From: Rhodospirillales bacterium
Lineage (GTDB): Bacteria > Pseudomonadota > Alphaproteobacteria > Bin95
NCBI GenBank assembly: GCA_038143065.1
Contig: JAYQLI010000035.1
Coordinates: 1,056,001 to 1,120,000 of the forward strand
Direction of reading: 5' to 3'
Length of the DNA stretch: 64,000 bases
Part shown: positions 1 through 11,018 of the stretch, in pieces
Layout of the letters: every line of letters starts with the position of its first letter
How positions within the stretch are numbered: the first letter of the stretch is position 1
Translations under genes and position numbers: made by a program
Notes under the pieces: model-generated
What the model was told of the DNA's origin: nothing
The model's input: the letters and a program-made list of their open reading frames with translations, nothing else
Database searches by the model: none

Positions 1-1011
1 AACGCCGAACCCGATCCGGTAGAGGCGTTTGGCATTCTTCGACGTGTCTCAGAAAAAAGTGGCCAGCCATTAGTTTATACGCTTGCTCAGCGAAATAACT
101 GGCCAGAAGTATTCGCAAAACTTCTCGAATTAAATCGCCAAGCCTATGCTGAAGGCGTAAATATTCGTCCTGTGTTCCCTCCTCGGGCAATTGGAATTCT
201 TCTTGGTCTCCAGGCAACACAGACACCTTTCTCGGGCTGTCCAACCTTCAAGAAATTGAATGACCTTCACCTTGAAGAAAAAGTTGAGAAGCTTCGTGAT
301 CCTAAAATCCGGTCACAGATTTTGTCTGAAGACCCCGTGAAAGAAAGTACCTTTCCTCTGATCCATCGCATGTCATATGGCTACATGTTCCGATTTGGGA
401 ATAAAGATTATATTCCACAAGCAGAGGACTCCGCGTCGGCTATCGCTGAACGAGAAGGTAGAACGGCAGCAGAAGTTGCCTACGACATGTTGCTCGAAAA
501 TGACGGCAAAAATTTCATCTATATGCCTATTACCAATTACACTGACTATGGGTTATCTGCTTCAGAAGCGTTACTTAATGAAAAGATGGCAATCATGGGC
601 CTCGGCGATGGAGGTGCCCATGTCGGATTTATTCTCGACGCTGGCTTTCCCACCTGGCTGCTTACTCACTGGGGCAAAAGCACAGGTAAGTTCGATGCAC
701 CCGAACTCATCCGTCGCCTTACTTCGGATACAGCAGAAGCAGCAGGCCTTCGTGACCGTGGCCGCATAGCAGTTGGGTTTAAGGGCGATCTCAACGTGAT
801 TGATTGGGATGCCTTGGACTTTGAAGCTCCTTATATGATTCAGGATCTTCCAGCGGGCGGCAAACGGTTGATGCAAGGAGCGTCAGGCTACGATTATACA
901 ATAGTAAGTGGGGTGGTGACCTTTGAAGGCGGTGCCGCTACGGGAGCTTTGCCTGGCAGATTAGTCCGCGGGATGCAGAATACACCCGCAGTGGCTATAG
1001 CCGCGGAATAG
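1..1011 (+). CDS. N-acyl-D-amino-acid deacylase / amidohydrolase family protein (5' truncated by window)
   Basis: Frame is open from base 1. It has motifs GLGDGGAHV, TWLLTHW, GLRDRGRIAVGFKGDLNVID and the C-terminal DLPAGGKRL...GALPGRLVRG typical of D-aminoacylase-like amidohydrolases. Confidence 0.85.
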   Translation, partial: NAEPDPVEAFGILRRVSEKSGQPLVYTLAQRNNWPEVFAKLLELNRQAYAEGVNIRPVFPPRAIGILLGLQATQTPFSGCPTFKKLNDLHLEEKVEKLRDPKIRSQILSEDPVKESTFPLIHRMSYGYMFRFGNKDYIPQAEDSASAIAEREGRTAAEVAYDMLLENDGKNFIYMPITNYTDYGLSASEALLNEKMAIMGLGDGGAHVGFILDAGFPTWLLTHWGKSTGKFDAPELIRRLTSDTAEAAGLRDRGRIAVGFKGDLNVIDWDALDFEAPYMIQDLPAGGKRLMQGASGYDYTIVSGVVTFEGGAATGALPGRLVRGMQNTPAVAIAAE

Positions 1012-1029
1012 TTTCACAAGGGACCAATC

Positions 1030-1108
1030 ATAAGTTTGTGAGCTCTTCCTCTACAGGAACCTCACAAACTTATAGAAAAGCCGCTGCCCATTCCCATAAG
1101 GTGGGCAG
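1030..1108. terminator. Two hairpins between convergent genes (probable terminators)
   Basis: A 13 bp inverted repeat ATAAGTTTGTGAG (1030-1042) / CTCACAAACTTAT (1061-1073) with an inner TTCCT/AGGAA stem. A second stem is CTGCCCA/TGGGCAG (1084-1108). Confidence 0.55.
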
Positions 1109-1175
1109 AAGAGACGCATAAAAACAGGGTGTTGTTAACAGGAAAGAACGTGCCACCGGAGGCATATTTCCTAAA

Positions 1176-1920
1176 CTATTTGATGTCTTTTACGCATCGA
1201 AAACCAATATAAACTACCGCCATATCTCTGGGCTTTGTTGCTCGATATCCAGCTTCCATTTGTGACGCCCCATACCACCAAGAGCCACCACGCGTCCCCT
1301 TTTGGCTATCCTCCGGAATTTCGACCCACTCCCAAACATTTGCCCCCATATCGAACAGCCCGTTGACACCAGCTACCGTTTTTCCAGCCTCAGCATGCCC
1401 TCTTCCTCTCGATAAAACTGCCGAGTGATCTAGGCCAACACTATTACCGCAATCCCTTAAACAATTTGCGCCACTTGCGGTGTTACCTGTTGGATAACGA
1501 TACGTATGACCTCTGGAGAATGGCTGGGGGTGCTTTCCGCATCTCTGTATAAGCCGCCTTGATCCATTCTGATTCAGTTGGCAGGCGCTTGCCTGCCCAT
1601 TTGCAGTAAGCAAAGGCTTCATCAAAAGTAATATGAACAGCGGGCTCATTTGCCATGCCTTTGACGCCATACGGCGCCCGCCAGTTCCAGCCTGCTTTCT
1701 TTTCCCATCCAGCGTCATACACCAAACCACCGCCTTCACGCTCAGCTTTTGTCACGAGAGACGTACTCTCCGCGAAACGCGTGAATTCTGAAATTGTTAC
1801 TTCGGTCAAATCAATTTCAAATGTCCCTATCGGTTGCATCCGCTCTGATGCAACACTTGGAAACACTCCTAAAACGATATTGAGCAGCAAAATGATAATG
1901 GAAGCTTTTTTTGGGCTCAC
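1176..1920 (-). CDS. Secreted FGE-sulfatase (SUMF1/EgtB/PvdO) family protein; one frameshift
   Basis: ORFs 1483-1920 and 1176-1739 join into signal peptide, [43 protein letters not shown] and IGFRCVK. Confidence 0.85.
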
Positions 1921-1971
1921 GACGCGTCCTACGCTTAACTTTGAATTTAACTTCGGGCTTTATTTCAACAC

Positions 1972-2913
1972 TTAACCGGCTTCTAAAACTCTCTCAGCGA
2001 TGGCATTTCCACTGGCCCAGGCAGCCTCAATACGCCCCTTGAGACACCAGGCACCACCCAAAAAGAGATTGTCGTTTTCATTTCGAAGAAATGGGGAACC
2101 AATTGGTGTCACAACATTTGCATAGCGCCAACGATGAGCAACGGCGTGAAATGCTGAACTAATATCTGCGCCGATCCTATCACAAAGTAAAACTAGAAGG
2201 TCTCGTGCAACACCAGGGAGATCTTGCTCCAATCGCTCAGCACTCCATTTAGGATCTGCCTGAGCAACCCAACAATTATCTGCAGATCGGCCAGGTTTTG
2301 AGCTATCAAGCGCAATCCATGATAAAATATCATCTGGTTCACGCCGGCTTATAAAAGGTTGTGGCTGATTTGGTTCAAAAGCCGCCATCAGGGTTAAACA
2401 AGGCGCTAAAACTGCCCCTGATACAGTTTCATAAAGGGTGTGGTCTTTTCCTATCAGCTTCGCTGTTTGAGGAGCTGGTGCAGTGACAATTAATTTTTCA
2501 CACTCAAATTTTTTGTTTCCAGCTTTAATTTCCCAACCAGAGCTGCATTCGGCGATGTGATCAACCTCTAAACCAGTTTGAACGTCTAGGTCAGCGGCAA
2601 GATGCTTAGCTAATGCATTCATACCGGGTGTGCCAACAAATCTTTTCAAATTACTCCCATCGTCCCAAACAGCTGCACCACCAGATCTTTGAATTTCCTC
2701 TATGAATAAACGAAATTCATTGCTTTTAGCTGTAAAATACTGAGCTCCATGGTCAAACGTCATGCCATCTTGGGCGCGCCTCGTGGATATCCTACCTCCA
2801 ACTCCACGCCCTTTTTCCAGAACTAATGGAGCATAGCCTGCATTTGCTAAAGCACGAGCACATGTCAACCCGGCAACTCCAGCACCAACTATGACGATCT
2901 TAGAACGTGACAT
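1972..2913 (-). CDS. Renalase-like NAD/FAD-dependent oxidoreductase
   Basis: GAGVAG dinucleotide motif, EKGRGVGGRISTRR, FDHGAQYFT, HRWRYA and GRIEAAWASG. Confidence 0.9.
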   Translation of the reverse strand: MSRSKIVIVGAGVAGLTCARALANAGYAPLVLEKGRGVGGRISTRRAQDGMTFDHGAQYFTAKSNEFRLFIEEIQRSGGAAVWDDGSNLKRFVGTPGMNALAKHLAADLDVQTGLEVDHIAECSSGWEIKAGNKKFECEKLIVTAPAPQTAKLIGKDHTLYETVSGAVLAPCLTLMAAFEPNQPQPFISRREPDDILSWIALDSSKPGRSADNCWVAQADPKWSAERLEQDLPGVARDLLVLLCDRIGADISSAFHAVAHRWRYANVVTPIGSPFLRNENDNLFLGGAWCLKGRIEAAWASGNAIAERVLEAG

Positions 2914-4142
2914 CAGAAAATCCCCAATGAAGACAAGATTGAAGGTATCTTTTGTTTAACCTTATAAAAACCTGCCGTGGCATTAGGCCAAATATTGGCA
3001 TCCCAGTCACGTTGCCATTCGCAAAGAGAAATTTGGGCCTCTTGTAAAGCTGGCTCCGCTTTTCGAAGCCAGTCACGTAACGGACCCTCCGGAACATAAG
3101 CGGTTACGATTTGCTTGGCACCAGCCTCCTTGGCCCACGAGGCAAGGATCATGGGGTCAAGACACTCCATTTGGGTTGCGTCAACCTTCAATCTACTAGC
3201 AGTGTCTGACAATGCTTTGATTTCAAATGACCTTACATGATCAGCAACAGGTCTTGGTGACCGCAAGAGGCTGCTTACCAATGAACGGCTTGAGCATATG
3301 TTAAGCATTTCTGGGAGAAATGTTTCTATCAGACAATCTTCCTCAGTGATCAGAAGGGCTGATGGCAATTCTCTATTTGGCACCAATGGTTTTCTCAATG
3401 GTTGAAGTGCTGGCAACCCCTCGGGCTCTAATGCATCGAGGCTCTGGATATCGGATGCAATCTCACCGTCAAGCGGTGTGAATTTATTGTTAGTAAATTT
3501 TGCTATGTTCCAAGCCTTCGCCTCATATGGTTTCCCCCTAGTATGAAGCCCCGCAACCCATCTCCATCCAAGAGTGTTAGAAGCAGGGTCACCGTCAAGA
3601 AGATGTCGATAGAAAAAATCCGCACCAAGCCTCCATGGAAGATGCAGAGTAAAGATCCATATGGATGCGAACCACATGCGTGAATGATTATGTAAATAAC
3701 CAGTTTCCGTTAATTCAGTAGCCCAGGCGTCAAAACAAGTTATGCCTGTTTCTCCAGATTCAGCACGAGTAAGACGAGCTTCCATGTTTGGATCAGAGTT
3801 AACCTCCTCCAAATCTTCATGAACGCCCTGAACATATGAATTCCAAACACCAGGACGCCGTTCAAGCCAACCCTTGAAGTAGCTTCTCCAGAAAACCTCT
3901 TGGATAAATTTTTCTGCTCCCTCAAGACCATGTGCCTGACTTGCCGCTTGCACCACCTCCTGTTCGGTAATCAGGCGCCGGCGAACATAGGGAGAAAGTT
4001 GCGAAACAAAATTGTGGTTGCCTGTACCCAAGTCATAGTTACGTCTCGAAGTGTAACTTTGCCCCATTAGAGGTACAAAATTTTGCATACATGCAAGAGC
4101 ATGGGAACGTGACGGCTGAAAGGTTGTCAAATTACAATCCAA
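2913..4142 (-). CDS. DNA photolyase family protein with N-terminal FAD-binding domain (NewPHL-like inverted architecture)
   Basis: SQLSPY, FIQEVFWR, TGYLHNHSRMWFAS and LLDGDPASNTLGWRWVAG all lie in the first ~200 of 409 aa. Confidence 0.85.
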   Translation of the reverse strand: MDCNLTTFQPSRSHALACMQNFVPLMGQSYTSRRNYDLGTGNHNFVSQLSPYVRRRLITEQEVVQAASQAHGLEGAEKFIQEVFWRSYFKGWLERRPGVWNSYVQGVHEDLEEVNSDPNMEARLTRAESGETGITCFDAWATELTETGYLHNHSRMWFASIWIFTLHLPWRLGADFFYRHLLDGDPASNTLGWRWVAGLHTRGKPYEAKAWNIAKFTNNKFTPLDGEIASDIQSLDALEPEGLPALQPLRKPLVPNRELPSALLITEEDCLIETFLPEMLNICSSRSLVSSLLRSPRPVADHVRSFEIKALSDTASRLKVDATQMECLDPMILASWAKEAGAKQIVTAYVPEGPLRDWLRKAEPALQEAQISLCEWQRDWDANIWPNATAGFYKVKQKIPSILSSLGIF

Positions 4143-4248
4143 AAGTTTTTTTTTGACCTGTGTCAGCAGGTATTATTTACCCAGATGTCCAGTCGTCGCA
4201 GCTGGTAAAAAGTGTTTAATATTTGTTTCCTGTTTCCAATAGCCGTAT

Positions 4249-4689
4249 TCACAGGGCAGCAGCGATCAAAGCCGTGACCGCGCAGATGGTCAATGGCCAA
4301 CGTAACTTCGGGTACCAAGTAGGGACCCAACCCCAATAAACTGAACAGGTATCGAGAACTAGCATAGCCAGAAAACTGCCAGCCAACCCAAATAAGCCAA
4401 TATGGGTCGGTAATACTAATGCTCCCCAAGCAACCAGCGATGGAATGACACTAACCACTAACCTCGTAACATTTGAGGTCACCTCTCTCTTGGAATTGCC
4501 AATACAGTACCCCCAATGCACTCCTCCGAGGAACGAGAGAATGAGAGCTCCATAAGATGTGAGGGCTAAACGCGCGTCCACTGCAAATTCCTGTGGGCCA
4601 GCAACTACAATTAGCGCGAGGGAGACAAAGGGAATCAGCCCCATTCCACCAAGTATGATCGCGGATTTCGGAGGATTACGTGTCCACAT
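4249..4689 (-). CDS. DUF3429 family membrane protein
   Basis: GLIPF, YGALILSFLGGVHWG and WYPKLRWPLT motifs, with several hydrophobic helices. Confidence 0.85.
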   Translation of the reverse strand: MWTRNPPKSAIILGGMGLIPFVSLALIVVAGPQEFAVDARLALTSYGALILSFLGGVHWGYCIGNSKREVTSNVTRLVVSVIPSLVAWGALVLPTHIGLFGLAGSFLAMLVLDTCSVYWGWVPTWYPKLRWPLTICAVTALIAAAL

Positions 4690-4911
4690 TTTACGTAAGC
4701 CCTCTGGGTTTTTAAATTCTTGGCATCACAAGGCTAAACGATGCTTGGTCAAGCCTAACAAAAAATATTCAGCCCTTATTTATAGTAGGTTAGAAAGCTC
4801 AGGATAAACATCAAATTGGATTATCATTTGGCATATGAACAAACGGTGTAAATAATTAAATTCTCGGGAAAAATGTTTACTTGGCGAACTTTAAAAAGTT
4901 GAGGAATTTGG

Positions 4912-6210
4912 TTGATGAGAGTGATGAACAATGCTGACCATAAAGACAAAGCTAATGGGGCAAAGTGGGTTGTCTCCTGGTCGGCAGCAATGCAAGGTCC
5001 TGCACCCCATGGCGTTCCTGCAGCGTTACCTGATCAGTCAATGGCTCTACCCAATTGGGAGGCCCACGATCAAACCTTCCGCATGATTATTAAGCCAGAC
5101 CTTTGGGGTCACACTGCTCGTCTCCGCTTTTCAAATGCATTCGGCAATCGTTCGGTTACTTTAGGAAGTGTTAGAGTAGCAATACATGCGGGTGCTGGCG
5201 CACTCATTCCCAAAACTACTGTTCTGGTAAATTTCTCTGGTGAAGATCAATGCACTCTGGAAATTGGGACAGAACTGCTAAGCGATCCATTTAATCTTCC
5301 ATCGATAGCAGCAGACCCTCAACTTTTGGGATGTAAGCTTGCCGTAAGCTTTCATGTGAAAGAAACAAGCGGTGCCCTCACTTGGCATGCGAAAGCAATG
5401 ACAACCTCTTACATTTCACCCCCCGGTAGTGGGGCAGTTGGCGACCATGAGTCAGAGGCCAAGTTTCCTTTTTCAACTACAGCTTGGTATTTTTTGGATG
5501 GAATGGATGTTGTCACGGCAAATTCAACCACTGTTGTGGCAGCATTAGGCGACTCTATTACGGATGGGACGTTTTCAACTTTAAATGGTGATGATCGCTG
5601 GAGTGACAGATTATCGAGGAGGCTGCACTTAGCTTATGGTTCATCCGTATCGGTTGTTAATGTAGGTATTGGCGGCAATCAAATAATTGGGCCCTCCACC
5701 TACCCTCCTCCATTTAATGGAGGTCCAAGCGCTCTTGATCGGCTTGAACGAGACATTCTAAGCCGAGCTGGAATTACCCACGTGATATGGGCCGAAGGCA
5801 TAAATGACCTTGGACAAGCCTTCGCACCCCTAGGGACCATCCCAGCAAAAGCAACCGAAATTATTGCTGGGATTAAGACTGGCGTAGACCGCATGAAACA
5901 GGCTGGAATAAAAGTGATTGGAGGCACCCTGCCCACAAGCCTTAATGCAACTCGAGAAATTTATGGTACATCAACTACGGACACCCAAAGACGTGAGATA
6001 AATTCCTTTATTCGTAACTCTGGGATATTTGATGGCGTAGTAGATTTTGAGGCGGCTACCATTGATCCTAGCTCAGGTGAATTTAGAGAAATTTATCAAC
6101 CAGACAGTACTCTTGGTATGCCCGCAGATCGGCTTCATCCTAACCGCGCTGGTTACATCGCGATGGGCAATGCATTAGATTTAGATATGTTTGCGCCTTT
6201 AGAGGCTTAA
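4912..6210 (+). CDS. SGNH/GDSL hydrolase with N-terminal beta domain
   Basis: Blocks ALGDSITDG, GIGGN, EGINDL and DRLHPN. N-terminal RLRFSNAFG. Confidence 0.9.
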   Translation: MMRVMNNADHKDKANGAKWVVSWSAAMQGPAPHGVPAALPDQSMALPNWEAHDQTFRMIIKPDLWGHTARLRFSNAFGNRSVTLGSVRVAIHAGAGALIPKTTVLVNFSGEDQCTLEIGTELLSDPFNLPSIAADPQLLGCKLAVSFHVKETSGALTWHAKAMTTSYISPPGSGAVGDHESEAKFPFSTTAWYFLDGMDVVTANSTTVVAALGDSITDGTFSTLNGDDRWSDRLSRRLHLAYGSSVSVVNVGIGGNQIIGPSTYPPPFNGGPSALDRLERDILSRAGITHVIWAEGINDLGQAFAPLGTIPAKATEIIAGIKTGVDRMKQAGIKVIGGTLPTSLNATREIYGTSTTDTQRREINSFIRNSGIFDGVVDFEAATIDPSSGEFREIYQPDSTLGMPADRLHPNRAGYIAMGNALDLDMFAPLEA

Positions 6211-6250
6211 AAGTAAAAAGACTGTAACGCAGAAAGTCTCAATTCGAATT

Positions 6251-7727
6251 ATGAACGCCTGTCCTACCGATATGAAAACAATCAAATTTCAGCTTAGTCT
6301 ACACAAGTATGTTTTTAGTCTGATAACAGCTTGTTTTTTGGTATCTTTTTCAACTTCTCTGGCAACAGGCAGAGATTTTGAAGTTGCTACGAGCTATGAA
6401 TACTTTGAAGCTGAAGGCAGCAACATAAAAAGTTTGAACCGTATTTATGTCGGTGCTGAGATCTTGCCTGGCCTGAGTTTTGGGCAATCAATATTTTCTG
6501 CTGCAGAGGGCGACGCAGGCGGAGCATTCTTTTGGGGATTTGAGGGACGAAAGAGCTTTTCTCTTACAAATCAAATTTCGGCAAATGCTGGTCTATTTAT
6601 AGGTGGAGGCGGCGGAGCCAATGAAGTAACTGGCGACGGCACAATGACCCAGGTTCGAGCTGGTATTGATTACAAAATAGATGACCAATTTTCGCTGCAA
6701 ACATCTACAACTTGGACAAAGATAACTGATACTGAAATCGATGAATTTGGTCTCAGCGTAGGATTGTCATACGCGTTCGATGTTAAGTCTGATGACAAAA
6801 ATTCAGATTTGATTGACTTGCCTATTTCACGCATGGCATTCACCACAACTCAGCTAACGGCTTTGAATAGCTCAGTTACTCGCTCTGGCATTGATCAACC
6901 CGACATCTCACTGGTCGGCGCTGAATTTCACTCCCCAATAAGTCAAAATTCGCAAGTCTGGATAGCAGCTGACGGTGCTGCAGAAGGTGCCGAGGGCTAC
7001 ATGGAAATTTTAGCGGGCCTTAGAACTGAGGTGCCCTTAGGGGATTGGCGAGGATTTGCAGGCGCAGGTGCTGGGTTTGGTGGTGGAGGTCAAGTAGATA
7101 CTGGAGGAGGTTTACTCCTTACAGCACGACTTGGAGCAGCAATACCATTAACAAGATCCTTAGATCTTGAAGCCGCTTTAGTCGGTTTAGAAGCACCTGA
7201 TGGGGCCTTTGATGCAGTGGGGTTGTCTCTTCAAGTAGTGAAAAACTTTGAGAAAAAATCTACGCCCTCCCTAACCTCCCCAACGTTGGGCTCTGTCCAT
7301 GGGTGTTTCTCACCAGGAGCCTAATGATAATTTTCGCGTTGCAGGAGCTAACAGGCCGGAAGCACCAATTATGCAGGAAAGCTCTCTGGACCTTTTCATA
7401 AGTGATGGTGCTTACATCACAGGAAATGCTCAAACGACAATCTCTGGAAACGCAGGCGGATATGCCATTGGTTTGTTGGGTTTGGGTTATGAAATTTCCT
7501 TAAGTGAAAATTGGTTTATCTCTGCCGAAGGACACCTTGGTGCGGCTGGAGGCGGAAGCGTAAATGCAGCCGGCGGCTTAATAGGTGGAGCCAGGCTGGA
7601 AATAGACCGAGCAATATGGGGCAAAAGCCGTGTATCACTGGGTGTAGGTCAATTAAGAAGCCTAAATTCCGGAGGCATGGCTCCAATTATCACGCAGATT
7701 GGAATTAAAATTCCTTTCAAAACATGA
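6251..7727 (+). CDS. Hypothetical Gly-rich outer-membrane beta-barrel protein with three internal repeats; one frameshift near 7290
   Basis: Signal-peptide-like N-terminus and alternating amphipathic strands. A G-x-A-G-G/E-G motif followed by a GGGG-type motif recurs three times. Confidence 0.6.
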
Positions 7728-7773
7728 GAACGTCTTTCTCTTAATTTTCAGCTCTGTTCATCCCAGATAAAAA

Positions 7774-9036
7774 TTAACTTTCATCTGGTGTATTCTCTGT
7801 CTGAAAATAAACCAGTAATCCGAGCACCTGGCAAAAAGCTAGAAAACAAAAAGTTAGCCTATACCCATCGGCAATTTTTGCTTCTAAAAGGCTTGTGAAT
7901 AAGTCAAATGCAAACCCTGAAGCCGTTTGGAAGAGGAAAATACCTCCAACTATAAAGATGTTAATGGTCGTGATTACCCTGCCTGAGAGATTTGGGGAAA
8001 TAAATTCTGCCCTTGAGCGATAATAAGTGCATGCAACTGAGATACGCCCGCAAATGCGGTTAGCAAAATCAACGTTGTCCAGTAGGAGGCATTTCCAAGG
8101 GCCGCAAGGCAGAGCAATAGGCTGACTTGAGCAATTACCCCACTTGATACAACCACTTTGCGCCGCCCAGTCCAACGGTCGAGAGGCCCATAAATTACAC
8201 CACCCAAGTTAAGAGCAATTAGCAATGCTAAAACAGTAGTTCCGACCTGTTGCGGATTTAAGTCAAAACGATCTCTCATATAAACGCCAGAGAGCAGTCC
8301 TATAACTGCAATCGCTGGTCCAATTGCTGTTATGCTAAATGCGGCCAGTAGGAGGAAACGCCGCTGGCCTAAGATCATTATGATCCCGCCAAAACTTTGA
8401 GCCAAAGTTTCTGGCTCTTTTTCCCTGAGCGCAGACCGAGGCCCCTCTTTCACCGTTAATTTCACAAGCACAATTACCAAAGACGTGATTAATGCAAGAC
8501 CTATGAAAATTGGCTCACGTCCGAAGTCATGTAGGAGTACTGCCAGGGGTGCTGTTGCCAGAAGGACAGCAATCGTGCCTGGAATAGCCTGAATTAACGC
8601 AGCAGCCGTAGTAAAATTTTTCTTGGGATCCAGCCTAATAAAAACACATAAATACCACTTACAACGCAGGCAAATCCTGATCCTATCATTGCTCGAGCAA
8701 GAACCAGCAACCATACATCGTCCACCCAGGCAAAAATTAAAATTCCTGAGATGCTCAGAGGTGCGAGATAAACCACAGCTTTGACGGGACCAACACGATC
8801 CAAAGAATTCCTGAAATGGGCTGGGTGCACGCCGAAGCTAAAAACATAACTCCGATAATTAGGCCTAGATCAGATGCATTGATGGATAATTCCGACATCA
8901 AGGAAGGAGCAATAACTGCCCCACCCATCCGATGCATCTGAGCCATTACAAACAACAAAGAATATATAGCGGACATAAAAACAATGAGACGCAAAGGATT
9001 ATTGCCTTTTGACTGCACCGTTGCAGCAGAAATCAT
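7774..9036 (-). CDS. MFS transporter; frameshifted into 3-4 pieces
   Basis: Motif A-like LDRVGP and GPLDRWTGRR, with ~12 hydrophobic segments across the fragments. Confidence 0.8.
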
Positions 9037-9165
9037 GAATTAGAATTTCCCTTCCGTATTGTTTCTGGCAGGATAGTTACTCTGGCTAACAACAAAAGTC
9101 GCTGTTTTTCTGCTTTAGGTTGATTGAAAAATAGAAATTCTGGCAACTAAAATAGGAGAAGATGT

Positions 9166-10053
9166 ATGAGTGAATTACAGGGAATAATTGCTCCTTTCAC
9201 CACGCCCTTTGCACCAAGTGGTGAAATTCAATATTCGCTTATACCTCCACAAGTTGACTGGTTAATCGAAAACGGAGTGCATGGGTTAGCCGCGGGCGGG
9301 AGCACCGGTGAAGGTCATGCACTCGATAGACAAGAATATTACGACCTCATGTCTAAAACAGCAGATGCAATCGCTGGAAGGGTACCTCTTGTTGCTGGAA
9401 TCATTGCCAATTCAACAAGTGAGGTTGCTGCACGTGGCAAGTCCGTTAAGGCGCTTGGTGTTGCCGCTCTGCAGATCACCCCGCCATCATATCTATTCAA
9501 ACCTGATGATGATGCGTTAATAAATCATTTCCGGGAAATTCACTCTGAGTGCGGGATTCCTATCCTTATCTATAATGTTGTTCCTTGGTGCTACCTATCG
9601 CCGGATCTGTTACTTCGTATCATGGATGAGGTGCCTGGTGTTCTTGGAGTTAAACAAAGTGCAGGCGACGTTAAATTATTTGCAGAACTTCAGCGCCGCG
9701 CAAAACCGGAGAACTTAATATTTAGCGCAGTAGATGCCATGTTGTACTCTACCTATACTCTTGGTGCTCGAGGAGCTATCGCAGCAATTTTGACAGCGGC
9801 ACCTGGCCCATCCGTAAAACTTTGGGACGCTGTGAAGCGTCAAGATTGGGACACCGCCCTGGATTTGCACGAGAGATTAATGCCGTTATGGGATGCGATT
9901 GGATTAGATAATATGCCTTCCCTTTGTAAATACGCTCAACAACTACAGGGGTTAGATGCAGGAGTTGCGCGTAAGCCCACTTCGCCAGCAACCGAGGAAC
10001 AGAAGAAAGCCGTACGTTCTGCCTTATCTGGCCTAAACCTTATCAGGGACTAG
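9166..10053 (+). CDS. Dihydrodipicolinate synthase family (class I aldolase/dehydratase) protein
   Basis: GGSTGEG, catalytic Tyr in YNV and Schiff-base Lys in GVKQS. AGGAG RBS upstream. Confidence 0.9.
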   Translation: MSELQGIIAPFTTPFAPSGEIQYSLIPPQVDWLIENGVHGLAAGGSTGEGHALDRQEYYDLMSKTADAIAGRVPLVAGIIANSTSEVAARGKSVKALGVAALQITPPSYLFKPDDDALINHFREIHSECGIPILIYNVVPWCYLSPDLLLRIMDEVPGVLGVKQSAGDVKLFAELQRRAKPENLIFSAVDAMLYSTYTLGARGAIAAILTAAPGPSVKLWDAVKRQDWDTALDLHERLMPLWDAIGLDNMPSLCKYAQQLQGLDAGVARKPTSPATEEQKKAVRSALSGLNLIRD

Positions 10054-10271
10054 TGTATTCGCCTCTCTGAGCTCTAATGAAAAAGACATCGTGATAACAC
10101 GGCAACCTTAATTAAAATGCTTCTAGTTAAGGTAGCGTAAAATAGCTGCGTTGTTCATTGGTGATAAATTTATCTGCAGTGCTGGCTACGCAATAGGTTT
10201 TGAAAGCTTAATGCGTTAATCATCATTCATTATGGTAAGTTTTCATCTTAACAATCTGGGAGATATATCAG

Positions 10272-11018
10272 ATGAGTTCAATCGAGTTTCTACCAGGCGG
10301 TTACAGATTCATACCGGGCGTTTTTCAGTATTCCGCTGGGGTTGCAGCATTAGCTGGTTTCGGCATGCGAAGGATCCAGTTTCAGCGTCCAGTACCACTC
10401 TCCGAAGGTTTTGCGCGAGCGGAAAAAATTATTAAAGAGGCTGGGCGTCCCCTCACTGCATTCTGTGCGTGCGAGTTACGCTCACCTGGTCAATTTTCAG
10501 AGGATGCGTTTAGGAGTTTCAACGAACATTACGTAGACACCCTCTCAACCTGGAAAATCTTTGATGGGGCAACAAACCCGGTTGCCCGGAGCAATGTTTG
10601 CCCTGAGGTGAACGGCCCCGCTGAGCCCTCTTTTCACGCTTTTACATTTACTGTTGTGCGCGAAGAAACTCGTCCATCCTTTGTGATCGCTGGCAGTGGA
10701 GAATGCCCTGAAGGTTTAGGGAATTATCGTGATAATACCGTTAGGCTTGGTGACTTGAGCGCTGAGGGGATCCTTGAAAAAGCGAGATTTGTACTCGACG
10801 AAATGGAACGCCGTCAGGAAGTACTGCAACAAAGTTGGAAAACCGTTACTGCAACCCAAGTCTATACCGTTCACGATATTTATCCTTTTCTAGCTAGTGA
10901 AATCGTTGGGCGCGGAGCAGCGCCAGCAGGTATCACCTGGCACTTTGATCGACCACCAGTCGTCGACCTAGAGTACGAGATGGATTGCCGTGGTGTATTT
11001 GAGGAGTTTGTCATCTGA
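10272..11018 (+). CDS. CnbZ-like (2-aminomuconate deaminase-like) protein
   Basis: GGYRFIPGVFQYSAGVAA, ACELRSP, NPVARSNVCP and RPPVVDLEYEMDCRGV resemble the CnbZ family. Confidence 0.65.
   Translation: MSSIEFLPGGYRFIPGVFQYSAGVAALAGFGMRRIQFQRPVPLSEGFARAEKIIKEAGRPLTAFCACELRSPGQFSEDAFRSFNEHYVDTLSTWKIFDGATNPVARSNVCPEVNGPAEPSFHAFTFTVVREETRPSFVIAGSGECPEGLGNYRDNTVRLGDLSAEGILEKARFVLDEMERRQEVLQQSWKTVTATQVYTVHDIYPFLASEIVGRGAAPAGITWHFDRPPVVDLEYEMDCRGVFEEFVI

Noticed and set aside
1176-1500. FGE-fold C-terminus as a diversity-generating retroelement target
   Set aside because: I saw no reverse transcriptase or template repeat in the window.
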